In this document: piece after piece, positions 12,626 through 25,238 of the stretch
Layout: every line of letters begins with the position of its first letter
Numbering within the stretch: position 1 is the stretch's first letter
Assembly: GCF_006345805.1 (NCBI RefSeq)
Contig: NW_021836143.1
Location: forward strand, 1 to 64,000
DNA: 64,000 bases
Direction of reading: 5' to 3'
DNA from: Octopus sinensis
Lineage: Eukaryota
The notes under the pieces: model-generated
The model's input: the letters and a program-made list of their open reading frames with translations, nothing else
Databases searched by the model: none
What the model was told of the DNA's origin: nothing
Translations under genes and position numbers: made by a program

Positions 12626-13380
12626 AGTTTTAGAGTGCATACAGCTTCCTTTGTCAGTTTATTGGCATTCAATTATTGTTAAATATCATAAGGATTATCT
12701 TAATTGATTTCAATTAAATATTAACCGTCACAAGTTTTATGAGCTACAGTTAGTTCAATCATCTTATGTAACACATTAACTATTGTTATTAATTATTATT
12801 GAGTTACCTTTGATTCACATAGTGTTAAACTCATGAATGGGAAACTTGATATCTCCTGGATTAGATATTAAGTGCATCACAAATTTAATTTCCTCAGTTA
12901 GCCAGTTTGCTATCTATTACCTATTTTGTTAAAAATATTAATAAACACAAGCAGTTTCAATTAAATGCCAATGAAGTGTTAACAATAGAATATAGAATTA
13001 TCAATGAATTTGTTCAGTTATTGATATGATATAAACTATGACAGTCCAAATCATGCTGGGTTAGCGTCATGATGAGTTGGCACTTGTCAAAACTTTTGTG
13101 ATGCACTCTCCATCATTATTTTATGTTTTTCTGTGCGGGTGTGGATTGTGCAGGTTTTCTTAGGCAGTGTTCTATGGCTGATGCCCCTCCTTCACTAACC
13201 CTTATAATCACTTTTTACAACATGCAAGGTCCTGCTGTACATATTCCAAAACTGGAGGATGTATGCTATATGCTTTCATAATATTCCCCTTGTTCATTTG
13301 TTTAACATCTATGTTTCTGTACTAACATGGAGTAGATAAATACACATTGCAAAGACATTGTTTTACAGCCAGACCCCTTC

Positions 13381-13660
13381 TTATCACCAGAAGAAATTTT
13401 AGCCCATTCTGCAAAGCTTAAATCAGGCCACCAGTGATGTACTCTGCCCATATTTGGAATGGTTCTGCTGAAATACACACTGACATCTTGGACTGTACCC
13501 TGAGAAGAGCCACTTTACTGATTAGCATTCCATCACTAACAGAGACACTCCATCTTCTGGCTCACATGTGTGCTGTCTCCTCTTTCTGTCTTTTCTGTCA
13601 CTACTATAATGGTATCTGCTTCTTGGAATTGGCTAGTCTTGTACCTCTACCACTCAAACA
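13381..13660 (+). mobile_element. CR1/L2-group LINE ORF2 C-terminal remnant
   Basis: KA*IRPPVMYSAHIWNGS...LRRATLLI..SLTETL..LAHMCAVSSFCLFCHYYNGIC resembles the YKAQIRPxMEYxSHIW...LFYRYYxGxCS region. Second copy at 55100-55520. Confidence 0.65.
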
Positions 13661-15348
13661 TCTCGGACCTAATTGTTCTTCCATCTTTTATCACCTTTGT
13701 TGCATTTAACCTCCTCCCCTTTTAGAAATTTGCTTGTTGGCTCATAATTGTCTGATGTTAAAAGAATAATGAGAAGAGAAGAATCGGAAACTGGGAAAAA
13801 AAATTTCATAGTAGGGCAACCAAAACTGATGATATCTATGCAGAACTGGCATGGGACCAAGTTGGTGCAGTCTGTCCCTAACAAGCCCCCAACAAGTGTT
13901 CACTAATTCAAATAGGATATAGTGTACTCTATCAGCTGACATCCAATAGTTATATGCCTATCCACTAGAATGATTATTCTGTGTAATATATTTTTTTCAT
14001 AGTAACTCGGATGTTGTGGTTGTTTCTATAAAAGCACAATGTTGCAACTGAGTTGAAACTACAGAACAGCTTCACCTCAAACTGATTTGAGCTTCTGGAG
14101 TAAACTTGGCCATGGGAAATTCGTCTTGAGCAAATTTTGTCAAAACAATTCTTTGTATTTATATTTGAAGTATGGTTTCACGTTGAGTAAAGCAGATAAA
14201 AAGACACTGCAGCTTGAATTATTAATCACTAATTGTTTTCATAAGTTAATTTCCATAATACTTATACTAGTATTTATGCATTTCAAATTCTTTTACTTCC
14301 TATCATTGTGTAAAGTATTTGGTGAAGATAAGCTGTTGCTCCAATTGCATTTGCTATGAATAACTAGAAGAGAAAGTAACACAGGTCAGTCAGTTCTTAT
14401 AGAAGCAAAAGATTAGAAACTACATTCGTCTTATGAGTAATCCATTTAGCACTCATAGGAAATGTTATGTTCAAATAGCATTAAAGATAGAACAATAACA
14501 TCAGCTAAATATTAACAATAATAAGCAACAATATCTATGGTTTATGCATAAAGTTAGAAAATTATTGTGAGGGATACATTAGAAGTAACAACCTTAGAGA
14601 GATTTCCCAAAGATATAGCTTTTAATTTTCTTCTGTATCTCAAGTTTTACTCCTTGGTAACAAGAGAGCATTTTTTATTTTTGTAGTTATCCTGTCTACT
14701 AGAGATAGTGACCAAATTTTCCTCATATAAAAGCCCACCATCTTAAACAAAGAAGGAAGGAAACACTGAATAATGTAGTACAGCAATCCAAAAGGCAAGA
14801 TTGTCATGGTTGAAAGATGTTTTTTTTGCACAGGTCTTCTCAATGAGGGCTGGTCTAAAACTAAACATCTGTCATTGAAGAATTGCCAAGCTACAATCGT
14901 CCTATGGAAGATGAACAATACTGTCACTGAAACACCGATTCTACCATCTTATAATGTGTTAGCAGAGGGCTAGAATAATGACAGTGTAAGGGATGTGCTG
15001 GGCATTATTGGCCGTACAGATTTTACTGAACAATTTTCCGACAAAAGATTAATGGCAACATTTAAAGATTCTTAGCTTGGTTGGATTTTTCTTACCAAAT
15101 TTATAGCTAATATTATTATCATGCTAATCTTCCTGCTACATCATATGAAGAGAAAAAAACAATCACAAACAAGAACAATAATAAAAATAGTGAAGAAGAA
15201 ATGAAAGAAAGATAACGTCAGAGGAGCAGTCATTCAGTTTCTGATTGATTAAAAACTTTTCTCTTAACCCTTTTTTCTTAAACCACCTATACTTAAACAA
15301 AGATTTGTTCTCGTCTGGGAAACAATTGATGGTTGAATATGCACTTAC

Positions 15349-15636
15349 CATATAATACCATACTTTTTTCATCGCGTCCAAGTCGATTGGAAGCCTGACA
15401 TGTATAAACTCCATAATCATCTTTTGCTATCTGTCTTATACGCAAGCTTAGTGTGATGGTATATTCATCATCACCATAAGCATCTATTCTATACTTCCAT
15501 CCCGTTTGCAATTCTGTACCATTCTTTCTCCACATTGTAACACCTTGTGGCATAGCAGTTATTTTGCATTCTAATATTGTCTCTTTTGCTAATGCTTGTC
15601 CAATTCTTTTGGTAGGTAAATAAATCTCTGGTGCAA
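15349..15636 (-). CDS. Internal coding exon: Ig-like domain of a lachesin/DIP-like Ig-superfamily adhesion protein (resembles lachesin Ig3)
   Basis: Polypyrimidine acceptor TTTTTTTCTGTTTTTCAG| and donor |GTAAGT. 288 bp, phase 1-1, open frame: (V)APEIYLPTKRIGQALAKETILECKITAMPQGVTMWRKNGTELQTGWKYRIDAYGDDEYTITLSLRIRQIAKDDYGVYTCQASNRLGRDEKSMVLY. Has the canonical Cys, Trp and DxGxYxC motif; GQAL and DEYT match lachesin Ig3 as I recall it. Confidence 0.92.
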
Positions 15637-16566
15637 CTGAAAAACAGAAAAAAAAACAAAACAAATAAATAAATATAGCATAAATAAGAACCAAATCAAA
15701 TGGCTAAAATAAAGGCGAGGTTTGTTCAGATTTTGCAAGATGGTATATTTTATTGCAAGAAGAAGAAAGATTACTATATAGATATTGAAATTTGACCCAT
15801 GCAGAAAGAATACTGAAAATATATTGAGAGGCTGCAGAAAGAGAACAATCTGTATAGTTGTTTAGTGTAAACAGATTGTGTGATAGGAATAGTCATAATT
15901 CATGGAACTGTTAATTCTTCCGCCTGTAGCAATGAATTATGCAGGTTTAAACATTTGTATATCATTGAATGTATTGGATATGATAGAAAGGAGTGAGCTC
16001 TCAGTGGCTCTTAGCACATTATTTAAAAATATCTACAGTTATAATCCAATAAACCATTGTTTCAGAACAACTTCTCTTTACAAAGTCAGCATTTTTAGTT
16101 CTTTCTTTTTTTTTGCCCAACCAAATTCGGTATCTTCTACAACTTCGTATCCAAACAGTAAATCCTCAATCATAGAATATGAATGATAATTATCAGAAAA
16201 GAACACTGAGAAGAATTAGAATTATTTGCGTTGCCATGGGATTTAACAAATGAAATGGAGGAATGTGTCAACTAGAACTTATGACCTTGTGACTTCATTC
16301 ATGCACTAAGGACTTTATTCCTACTCTTTTGTATGATGAACCACATTCAGACATTCTAAAAAGACCATATTACGTACAATTTTCATAATAGAAATTTTAA
16401 TAAAGTGGTGATTGAGAAACAACTTCATCTCTGGATTGCTACTTAATTACTATAACAGAATAGATGTGTCAGAATGGCATAAAATGATATTCTAAATATT
16501 TACTTATTAAACACTTACAGAAGTTACTTTTTAAAGATTATAAATGCATTATTCTTCAAGATGAAA

Positions 16567-16840
16567 AGTACTGGTGCTGCTGCCATGTAAAAAGCACTGA
16601 TGATGGTGCCACATAAAAAGCACTAGTGCTGGCTGCATGGTAAAAGCATTAGTGTTGATACCACATAAAATGCCCCCAGTACACTCTGTAAAGTGGTTGG
16701 CATTAGGAAGGGCATCAAGCTGTAGAAACCATGTCAAAACAGACAATGCAACCTGGTCCAGCTCCTGGCCTTGCCAGCTACCATCAAGCCACCCAACCCA
16801 CACCAGCAAAGAAAACAGACGTTAATTGAGGATGATGATG
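16567..16840 (+). mobile_element. RTE-type LINE 3' end with ~27-bp tandem units
   Basis: About four AGTGCTGGTGCCACGTAAAAAGCACT-like units, then GTGGTTGGCATTAGGAAGGGCATC...GATGATGATG. Confidence 0.8.
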
Positions 16841-16995
16841 AAGAAGAAACTGCAGGAATATAGGCCCTGTTTTTGTAATAAAGCTAAATAATTTTACATA
16901 TCTCATTAAGTGTTTATACAAATTTTGTTTTGAGCCAAAAGTAGAAAAATGTATAAATAGTGAATCTTTTGTGATTTTAAGTTGACAATCATAAT

Positions 16996-17070
16996 TGCTG
17001 AGACCCCCTTCGGTCATGACTGACCATGGGATTGCATGACTGACTGTGGGATGCATGACTGACCGTGGGA
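16996..17070 (-). mobile_element. 75-bp retroposed micro-insertion with a triplicated ~20-bp unit
   Basis: 14-bp direct repeat TTGACAATCATAAT at 16982-16995 and 17071-17084. Three CATGACTGACCATGGGATTG-like units. Confidence 0.7.
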
Positions 17071-17345
17071 TTGACAATCATAATATGTTCTACTAATTTG
17101 AGGTAAAGCAGCTAAGGTAGATTATGCTATCTAGTTTAATATCTCATTGATGTGAATTTTCTATGAGGTTTTTTATTGTTTAGTTACTAGTTCAATCTAT
17201 ACAACTTATCAGCTCAAAACCTTAGCTTTGTTGCAAGTTAAAAAATTGCCAATATTTGTTGCTGTTTAGCTAGTTAAACCTTTTAAAAAAGAATTATGAT
17301 GGAAAGGCTTCCCAATGATGACCAATTCATTTTTTGTACAGATAT

Positions 17346-17781
17346 TGGCTGTGTGGTAAGTACAGGAGTGGCTGTGTGATAAGTAGCTTGTTTACCAACC
17401 ACATGGTTCTGGGTTCAGTCCCACTGTATGGCACCTTGGGCAAGTGTCTTCTGCTATAGCCTCGGGCCGACCAAAGCCTTGTGAGTGGATTTGGTAGACG
17501 GAAACTGAAAGAAGCCCGTCGTATATATGTATATATATATGTGTGTGTGTGCGTGCGTGTATGTTTGTATGTCTGTGTTTGTCCCCCGAACATCGCTTGA
17601 CAACCGATGCTGGTGTGTTTATGTCCCCGTCACTTAGCGGTTCGGCAAAAGAACCGATAGAATAAGTACTGGGCTTACAAAGAATAAGTCCCGGGGTCGA
17701 GTTGCTCGATTAAAGGCGGTGCTCCAGCATGGCCACAGTCAAATGACTGAAACAAGTAAAAGAGTAAAAAGAGTAAAGAGT
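17346..17781 (+). mobile_element. Family-K SINE with duplicated 5' tip
   Basis: TGGCTGTGTGGTAAGT occurs twice (second copy with one mismatch) at the start. Full body and GAGTAAA tail. Confidence 0.92.
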
Positions 17782-19833
17782 ATATTGTGCATCTAGAATA
17801 ACATAATCCAATGTGATTCTCCATTTTTGTGAGGAGAAACACACTGGATAATGTTGTGATCTGAAGGAAATTGGGTTACTACTTTTCTAAGTTGAGCAAC
17901 CATATACAGTCGCTTTTGTTTACTCATACCTATCATCATAAAATAGAATGGTTGAATACGTAATCATTGTTACTTGTGAACTTCAGTAAAATACTTTTAA
18001 CTGCAGGAGTAAGGGTTCTGTTATAATCATAATTCTCTTTATACCATTAAAAAATATTATTGTTGCTGTTGTTGTTTTCTATTTTGCATTAATTTATTCC
18101 AATTCTAATATGGTCACTTAACTATAAGGGACAACACACTATTGGACAATAATAACACTCACTACACTGCCTCAGCAATATACTGGAAGATAATCAGGCA
18201 CATAATACAATACCACTAACCAACTATACACAGTACATATGAAAATATAAATAGGGCCCAATACAGAATAAGATATGTGTGCAGACAGAGCTTTGTGCTT
18301 AAGAAGTTTACTTTACAGTTATGTGACTTCAGGTTCAATCTCACAGCAAGGTACTATAGTGAAATTAATGGACTGAAACTAGAATTCTTGTTGGTGACAA
18401 ATTTAACACATCAGCTGGACCCTTGGTACCTTTAGAGTAGTACACACTTTCGCAAGCATTTTGAGCAGGTCTCCAGTATAAAGATAATACCTTCTTTCCT
18501 TATTATCAACTAAGCCATTAAAAGAGAAAAAAATGCATTTTAGACAATATCTTGTTTAAGTTTGGGTAAGGCTTGATCAAGAAGACGTATAAGGAGAGAC
18601 ATTTAAGTCATAAGAACTTTGAGTTTTTTAAAAGATATGTAGGTCTATTACCTTGGTTAAAACTAGCTTGCTTACTTACTTTAGATGTTACAATAATAAT
18701 AGATACAAGAATTGTGGAACTTAATAAAGACTTCTTGTTTTTCAGTAGAGCTATATATCTAGCTTTAAAACTACATAGCAAGCAAGATCAATAGGTGAAC
18801 ACTGGGTGTTGAGAGAGAATTAATTTTAGAATTTAACGTTTATTATTTGCATGATCCTTACCCTATTTAATTTTCCTGAATCTTTCTATTTATTTTTGTA
18901 TATTTTATCATTATTTCTATAAATTTTCTGAATAATTACAATGATTCCAGTATTACTGAACAACTGACCATGATTTGCTTTTAGTTTTTTCCTCCTTTTT
19001 AAAACTAATTATATGCAAAGCTAAAATATATAGGATTACTATTGAAAACCCATTACTTTAAGCTATAATGTGATATCTCTGGTAATGAAATAAATTTGCA
19101 CTTCCCTGCTGTTATATAAAGAAAAGGAATACAATATTGCTGTATCAAGATAAGGAATACTTCACTGCAGAAAACTACATTGCTGCAACTGAATCTTTAA
19201 GAAAACCTCCATATGGTCATTCAATTTGCTAGAAGTAACAGCCATATTTCACTGAAATAACACCATCTGGTTTTAAAAAGCAAAGGACAATTCATAAATA
19301 ACATCCAAGATATGGTATGTCTGAAAATAAGACAGAATGGTCTTGGCTGAAACATCACTTCACCATACCTCAGGCTGATTATTGTAGGCCTGGGAGTAAA
19401 TAACAAATTTCCCTTCGTCTGCAAAAATGGTCTTAGATATACTATATCTAAGAAAAGGATGAGATGATCATGTTTGGAACAACTTTTTCTACAAGTTTAA
19501 TCTGAGCTTAGATATAAGCAAGATGGATTATATACATAATACAGTCATACAGATCAGTAGCAAGTAACCATTTCTAAAAGGATTGAATAAAAACAGTTGC
19601 ATTAAAGCCATCAACACATTCCTGACACAGTCAACAATGATCCACCATTATTTCTTCTCATTTATTAAAAAGAAAAAAAAGGAACAGCTTTGGATTAGAT
19701 AATGTTGAAAAGTGATAGAGTGGTAATCCAGAAAACATCCAGCCTCGGAAAACATGAAACGAGAAGAATTAAGTGAAACCAACAGATTTTATGTAAACAC
19801 AAACACACATCAATATTTGGCATTATGAATAGC

Positions 19834-19841
19834 TATATATA

Positions 19842-19879
<38 letters not shown>
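19834..19879. repeat. (TA)n microsatellite
   Basis: TA run with one interruption. Confidence 0.95.
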
Positions 19880-19881
<2 letters not shown>

Positions 19882-22146
19882 TTATATATAAACAGCCAAA
19901 CATTAACTGAAGGATCAGCCAATACATTTAAGTAGAATATCACACTAATATTTTTTTAAAGCAAAAGTTGATAGTGACCTCAAAATTCTGACTCAAATGC
20001 ATTCATACCACAACTACCACCTCTTCTTCAATGAAACCACCAATACCACCAACAGAAGAAGGTAAGAGAGAAAGGAAGAGAAAGTGGGAGAGAGAGAGAG
20101 GGATGGATAGATGATTAGAGGAATAAATAGATGGATAAACACAGAGATTGTCCAGAAACTTACTGGTATTTAAGTGAATACATTGCTGAGAAGTATAGAA
20201 CATTAGCAACTTTTATTGTTTGAATATACAGAATTTTGTGTATACTTCATATGTAACACGTCATCCAAAATTGAAATCACCATGCAATGTTGGGCAGGCC
20301 AGCTGAAGTATTCTGCCCTTGACAATAGCATATTTCAACTGACCTAGCCACCTGTCCATGATGGCCTTTAATAAAATTCAGACAAAGTGTTTACTTTATT
20401 TGAATAACCAAGATACCATTAAAAAAAAAAAAATTACAAAAACGTAATATTGTCTATTCTGCTAATTCATAGCTTTGGGAATGGTGTCACATGAAATGCT
20501 CAATATTGCTAAGCAAGGAACACTCCATTCCTCATCAGTGAAATTACTGTCACTTCAACCATTTTAAAAACCACCAAGTTTCCCTACAGGATTATGTTGG
20601 TGGAATGTAGATGGATAGGTAGCTGGGTAAGAAGATAGATAGGTAGACAGATAACTATATAAGTACATAGACTGATAGATCAAAAGAAAGAAGAAAAAAA
20701 CAGCTACACCTTTAGAAGGAAACAAAGGAGTCAAGCAATTTCAATGACAAAAGAATTCTGCTTACAAAAACATTGCAAGAGTTTGATTTGATGAGTTAGA
20801 TTACTTTATTTAATACCAACAATGTTTGACAAAAGAATATGTTTTTTTAAAGACTTGACATTTATTAGATCAGCTATATTATTTCATTCAGTGTACATTT
20901 AATATTTATGGTAAAGAAAGGAACAAAATATATGGTTAACCGAAAGCAAAACCTAGACAGACAACCATTTTAATTCAGTTTGATAGAATGAGAGAACAAC
21001 TAATTATTTCCCAATAACTTATGCTACCCACCTCTTCATCAAATTGACATTTACTCCATATTTATAAAAATAGAAGGGAAACTTTTTTTAAATGTTATTA
21101 CTTCTCAAGGTTTTAATTCTATTCAAAGACAATGGCAATGTTAATGCTATTCTTAAAGTCGATTACTTTTTAAACATTTCTGTGCTAAGTTAAAATTGAT
21201 TATGAGTGATATCTTTTATCAAACCTAAGAATGTTGGCAATAATCTTTGGATGGAAGAACAACATGAGTTATTAAATATCTGATAATTAAAATTTTTACA
21301 AGTAAACTATATTAATAGACCTTTCAAGTGAGTTCATAAATCAGGAATATATTAGTTTACTTTGATAGATTCAATTGCAAAATCAATTACTGATCTGCAA
21401 AGTGCATAGAATTCAAATTGTGGTCAGAGCAATTTATATATGTGATGAAAACTGTTTCTCTCTGCCTTTAAGAAGTAAATTACAGCTGATTCTCTAAGTC
21501 CTTCTACTCCCAACAATTGATCATAGCTTTTTTCTTTTTTTAAATAAATTCTGAAAGTAGTTATACCAAGTAGTATCAATAAAATGCATTTGCACTGCAA
21601 GATACAATTTGCACTGCTCATTCATCTAAGCAGGTAATATACAAATAGAACAATGAATCATATTCTGATACTCTATGCCATGTGGTTTCAAATAATATTG
21701 TGATGTATTAACTGATGACACCAACACTAGAGAGGTAGCTGTGTCCACAGAACTAAATGGATGTCACAAGCCTGTGGTTTACAGAGTGAGAAGTATGAAT
21801 GATAGTCATGAGAGGGATGTCCAGTAAGGTTGGAGGGATAGAAGTAAGCAGTTTTCTGAGATGGGCATGTATATTCAATGCAACACAATGTGACCGAGAT
21901 AGTACAGGGATGATAGAGGTCTTTGTGGTCCAGGGAACAGAGCAATGACAGAACCCTGCAATGTATGGGAGAGAAGGAGAGAGAGAATATAGTGGCAGTC
22001 AGAGTGTTACAGGGTACTGGAAGGTAGTATAAAACAGGACAGTGGAGGTAGAATGAAGTGGGCGAAGCCATGCAGTGTAGCTCTTTGTACATAGGCTGTG
22101 AGATGGAGTCGAAGGTATAACAATGTCATTCTGCAATCTTTGTGGT

Positions 22147-22526
22147 GGAAGCACTCCGTTGGTTACGACGACGAGGGTTCTGGTTGATCCGATCAACGGA
22201 ACAGCCTGCTCGTGAAATTAACGTGTAAGTGGCTGAGCACTCCACAGACACGTGTACCCTTAACGCAGTTCTCGGGGATATTCAGCGTGACACAGAGAGT
22301 GACAAGGCTGGCCTCTTTGAAATACAGGTACAACAGAAACAGGAAGTAAGAGTGAGAGAAAGTTGTGGTGAAAGAGTACAGCAGGGATCACCACCATCCC
22401 TGCCAGAGCCTCGTGGAGCTTTAGGTGTTTTTGCTCAATAAACACTCACAACGCCTGGTCTGGGAATCGAAACCACGATCCTACGACCGCAAGTCCGCTG
22501 CCCTAACCACTGGGCCATTGCGCCTT
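22147..22526 (-). mobile_element. tRNA-headed SINE, head H1 + tail T1
   Basis: Reverse complement begins GGCGCAATGGCCCAGTGGTTAGGGCAGCGGAC...GGTTTCGATTCCC (tRNA-Arg-like head). Nearly identical to 29436-29826. Confidence 0.92.
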
Positions 22527-24343
22527 CTTACAACTATATGTCTCTCACGAAGAGCCTTACAACTATATGTCTCCCACGAAGAGCCCAGAAAATCCCAAAC
22601 ATCAGAAAATGTATTTTCCTTCTAAAACTAAGCTACAAACAAGCATATAGGAGGAATTGTGGATGGCTTTTCTTAGATAGCTATATTGCAAAATATGTGA
22701 CAAAATATACTGCTGCTACTGCTACTACTACTACAGAGACCAACACAAGACAATATATTATGTTCACAGCAGAATACACACATAATCTTAAACCCCATTA
22801 AAGATTAAATATTCCATTATTCAACCATCATGAAAATGTGACAAACCTGACTAAAACCTGAAGTAAAGTGATGGCGGGGTGTCAGTATTTTCAGTAATGA
22901 CTTAAAATTATCACTGTATCACAGGTAGCTTGGACACAAAATCTATCATAAAATGACAAAGGTGACTTGGTCATAACTACTGCAGAAACTGATAACTACT
23001 TCAATGGAGAGTGTACAGTCTATGTGAGAATCAGTTTAACCCTTTTGAGTCATGTTCCTAGTGTAGCAGGAATAACTTAAATGTAATCTCTATCGGATTC
23101 CTGTTAAAGTGGTAATGGACACCATTGCAGAAAAAGATAAAATACTGAAAACAGACAACTGATCACATTGTAGCTCTGTAGCCAAGTGTGTTAATGACTT
23201 ATTGTCAATAGTGTTGTTTACTTTTGATTTTGATCAGGAAAAAAAACCCCAAAAAAACCAGAATGGATTTATTTCCTATGAAATGAGCATGTGATGAAAC
23301 CAACACTTTGTCTGGTAAATGAGCAAGGCTTGGACTCTTTACAGTTGAGGAAATTATTGATGATGTTTATTCTTCAGCTGAAGAGTTTACCCAAATGCAG
23401 ACAATGAGAGGGATTCGGACAGTCAAACAAGTGAAAGTGATGAGGGAAGTAGTGATTTGCAACAAATATGGGAGTTGAGAGATAGTCCCATTATTGTTAT
23501 TCTGAATATTTTTGTGATTCTATCCATTAGTTTACCTGCAATCATTACTTTTGAGCTGTGTATGCAGGTATTTATTATTTTGGCTCAGGAACCAGGTGGA
23601 GGTTAAAGTTAGACATAGGGCCCAGATCTGAGGGAGTTAACACAAACATCCCAGAGACATCTTAGGTTAATGTTTCACTTACAGAGAGGAAATAGCAATC
23701 GTGTTGACCATCAGATAGAGAGACAGAGCTCTGTGACCTAAATAACAATGTATAAGAAGGAGCAATACTCTTCCATTAAAAATACCGACAAATATTTCCA
23801 GTATAACTAAATTAACTGCTATATTACAAATGTGAAAGGATTTATATAGATAGTAATAATGTTAGACCGAGAGAAGAAAATTTGCAAACGAGAAAAAGTT
23901 GAGAAAGAAAATTTGCAAACGAGGAAAAGTTGACAAAGAGAATAAACAGCATCAGATGTTTGAGGAAGGAACTTAGAAGCCCTTACTAGTTTTTGTTATA
24001 CTGTCAATTGGATTAATTTCAAAGCTAATGATTTTCATTTGGATTTGCATAATAGATTTCTGTTTAGATATACATCAAAGAAAAAGTAATGAGAAAAAGA
24101 TCAAAATTAACTAAAGTAAGTAAATGATACAATCTATAGATTAATGATCAACAACATATGTCTTTAGTGTCCTGGAAAAATTCAATCAAAGTGACAAAGA
24201 CAGACTTATGGACTGGAATTACACAAATATAATATACATAATATGTACATACATAAACTTGTACTTCTATAGATATAATATACATTAATACATGCAAATA
24301 AATAAAATACACATATATACATACACAAACACATATATATTCA

Positions 24344-24390
24344 CAACCCGTGCTAGCACGGAAAACGGACGTTAAACGATGATGATGATG
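24344..24390 (+). mobile_element. RTE-type terminal stub
   Basis: CAACCCGTGCTAGCACGGAAAACGGACGTTAAACGATGATGATGATG. Similar stubs near 40264-40316 and 53035-53052. Confidence 0.75.
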
Positions 24391-24931
24391 TAATTACAAG
24401 ATTAACTACTTGAAAAAAATGTAACTTGAAACTTTCCATTAGAAGGTTGATGGAGAGAAAGAAAGGATCAGCAACAGAGAAACAGAAACAAAGGAACAGA
24501 CAGAGGTGGGGGACACAGGGAATTACACATTGTTGGATAGACAGAGACACAAAAATGGTACCTAAAAGATAAGAAATTACATGAAAAGAAATAAATGTAG
24601 AGACAAATTGATAGCAACAGAATTAAAGAAAAAACAAGAGGAGAGACAGAAGAAAGATGGATAAGAAAGAAGTCAAGAGAGAAAAGACAATGAAAAAGCT
24701 ACAAAGCAAAGACCATCCTTGAAATAGTGTATTTTAAGGATAGTGTCTGTTGTTAGAGTAATGCATTTAATACATACAACATGGAATTGATAGCATTTTA
24801 TAATGCAAATGCTGTCTTTGATTCTAGCAGGATTAACTGGTAGCACTGCAGTTACTTGCTCAAGATATGCATAATTAATTCTATAATCCCTTGAACACAA
24901 TTGTATACATTCAGCTGCTTATATTTAATAG

Positions 24932-25238
24932 GTGGAGGCGCAATGGCCCAGTGGTTAGGGCAGCAGACTCGCGGTCGTAGGATCGCGGTTTCGATTCCTA
25001 GACTGGGCGTTGTGTGTGTTTATTGAGCGAAAACACCTAAAAAAGCTCCACGAGGCTCCGGCAGGGGGTGGTGATCCTTGCTGTACTCTTTCACCACTCT
25101 TTCTCTCATTCTTTCTTCTGTTGGCCTGCTCACTTAGCCTGCGGGGTGGCGTCATTCGAAGGCTAAAACAATGCAAACGCATTGTGACCAGCGATGTGTA
25201 GTAACATCTGATAGTCTGGTCGGTCACGTGATCACGTG
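24932..25238 (+). mobile_element. tRNA-headed SINE, head H1 + tail T2
   Basis: Same head as 22147 and 29436, different tail (TGTTGGCCTGCTCACTTAGCC...CACGTGAT). 11-bp TSD ATATTTAATAG at 24921-24931 and 25239-25249. Confidence 0.92.

Noticed and set aside
14640-14926. Next exon of the Ig gene (phase-1-compatible open frame after GTTTCAG)
   Set aside because: Weak polypyrimidine tract and no resemblance to a lachesin-type stalk or GPI tail. Cannot be supported without transcripts.
20007-20067. Plus-strand TTTTTSSSMKPPIPPTEE followed by GTAAGA donor
   Set aside because: Low-complexity sequence, in-frame stop just upstream and no acceptor.
23875-23938. Two-copy ~31-bp tandem duplication
   Set aside because: Ordinary local slippage with no associated element or coding signal.
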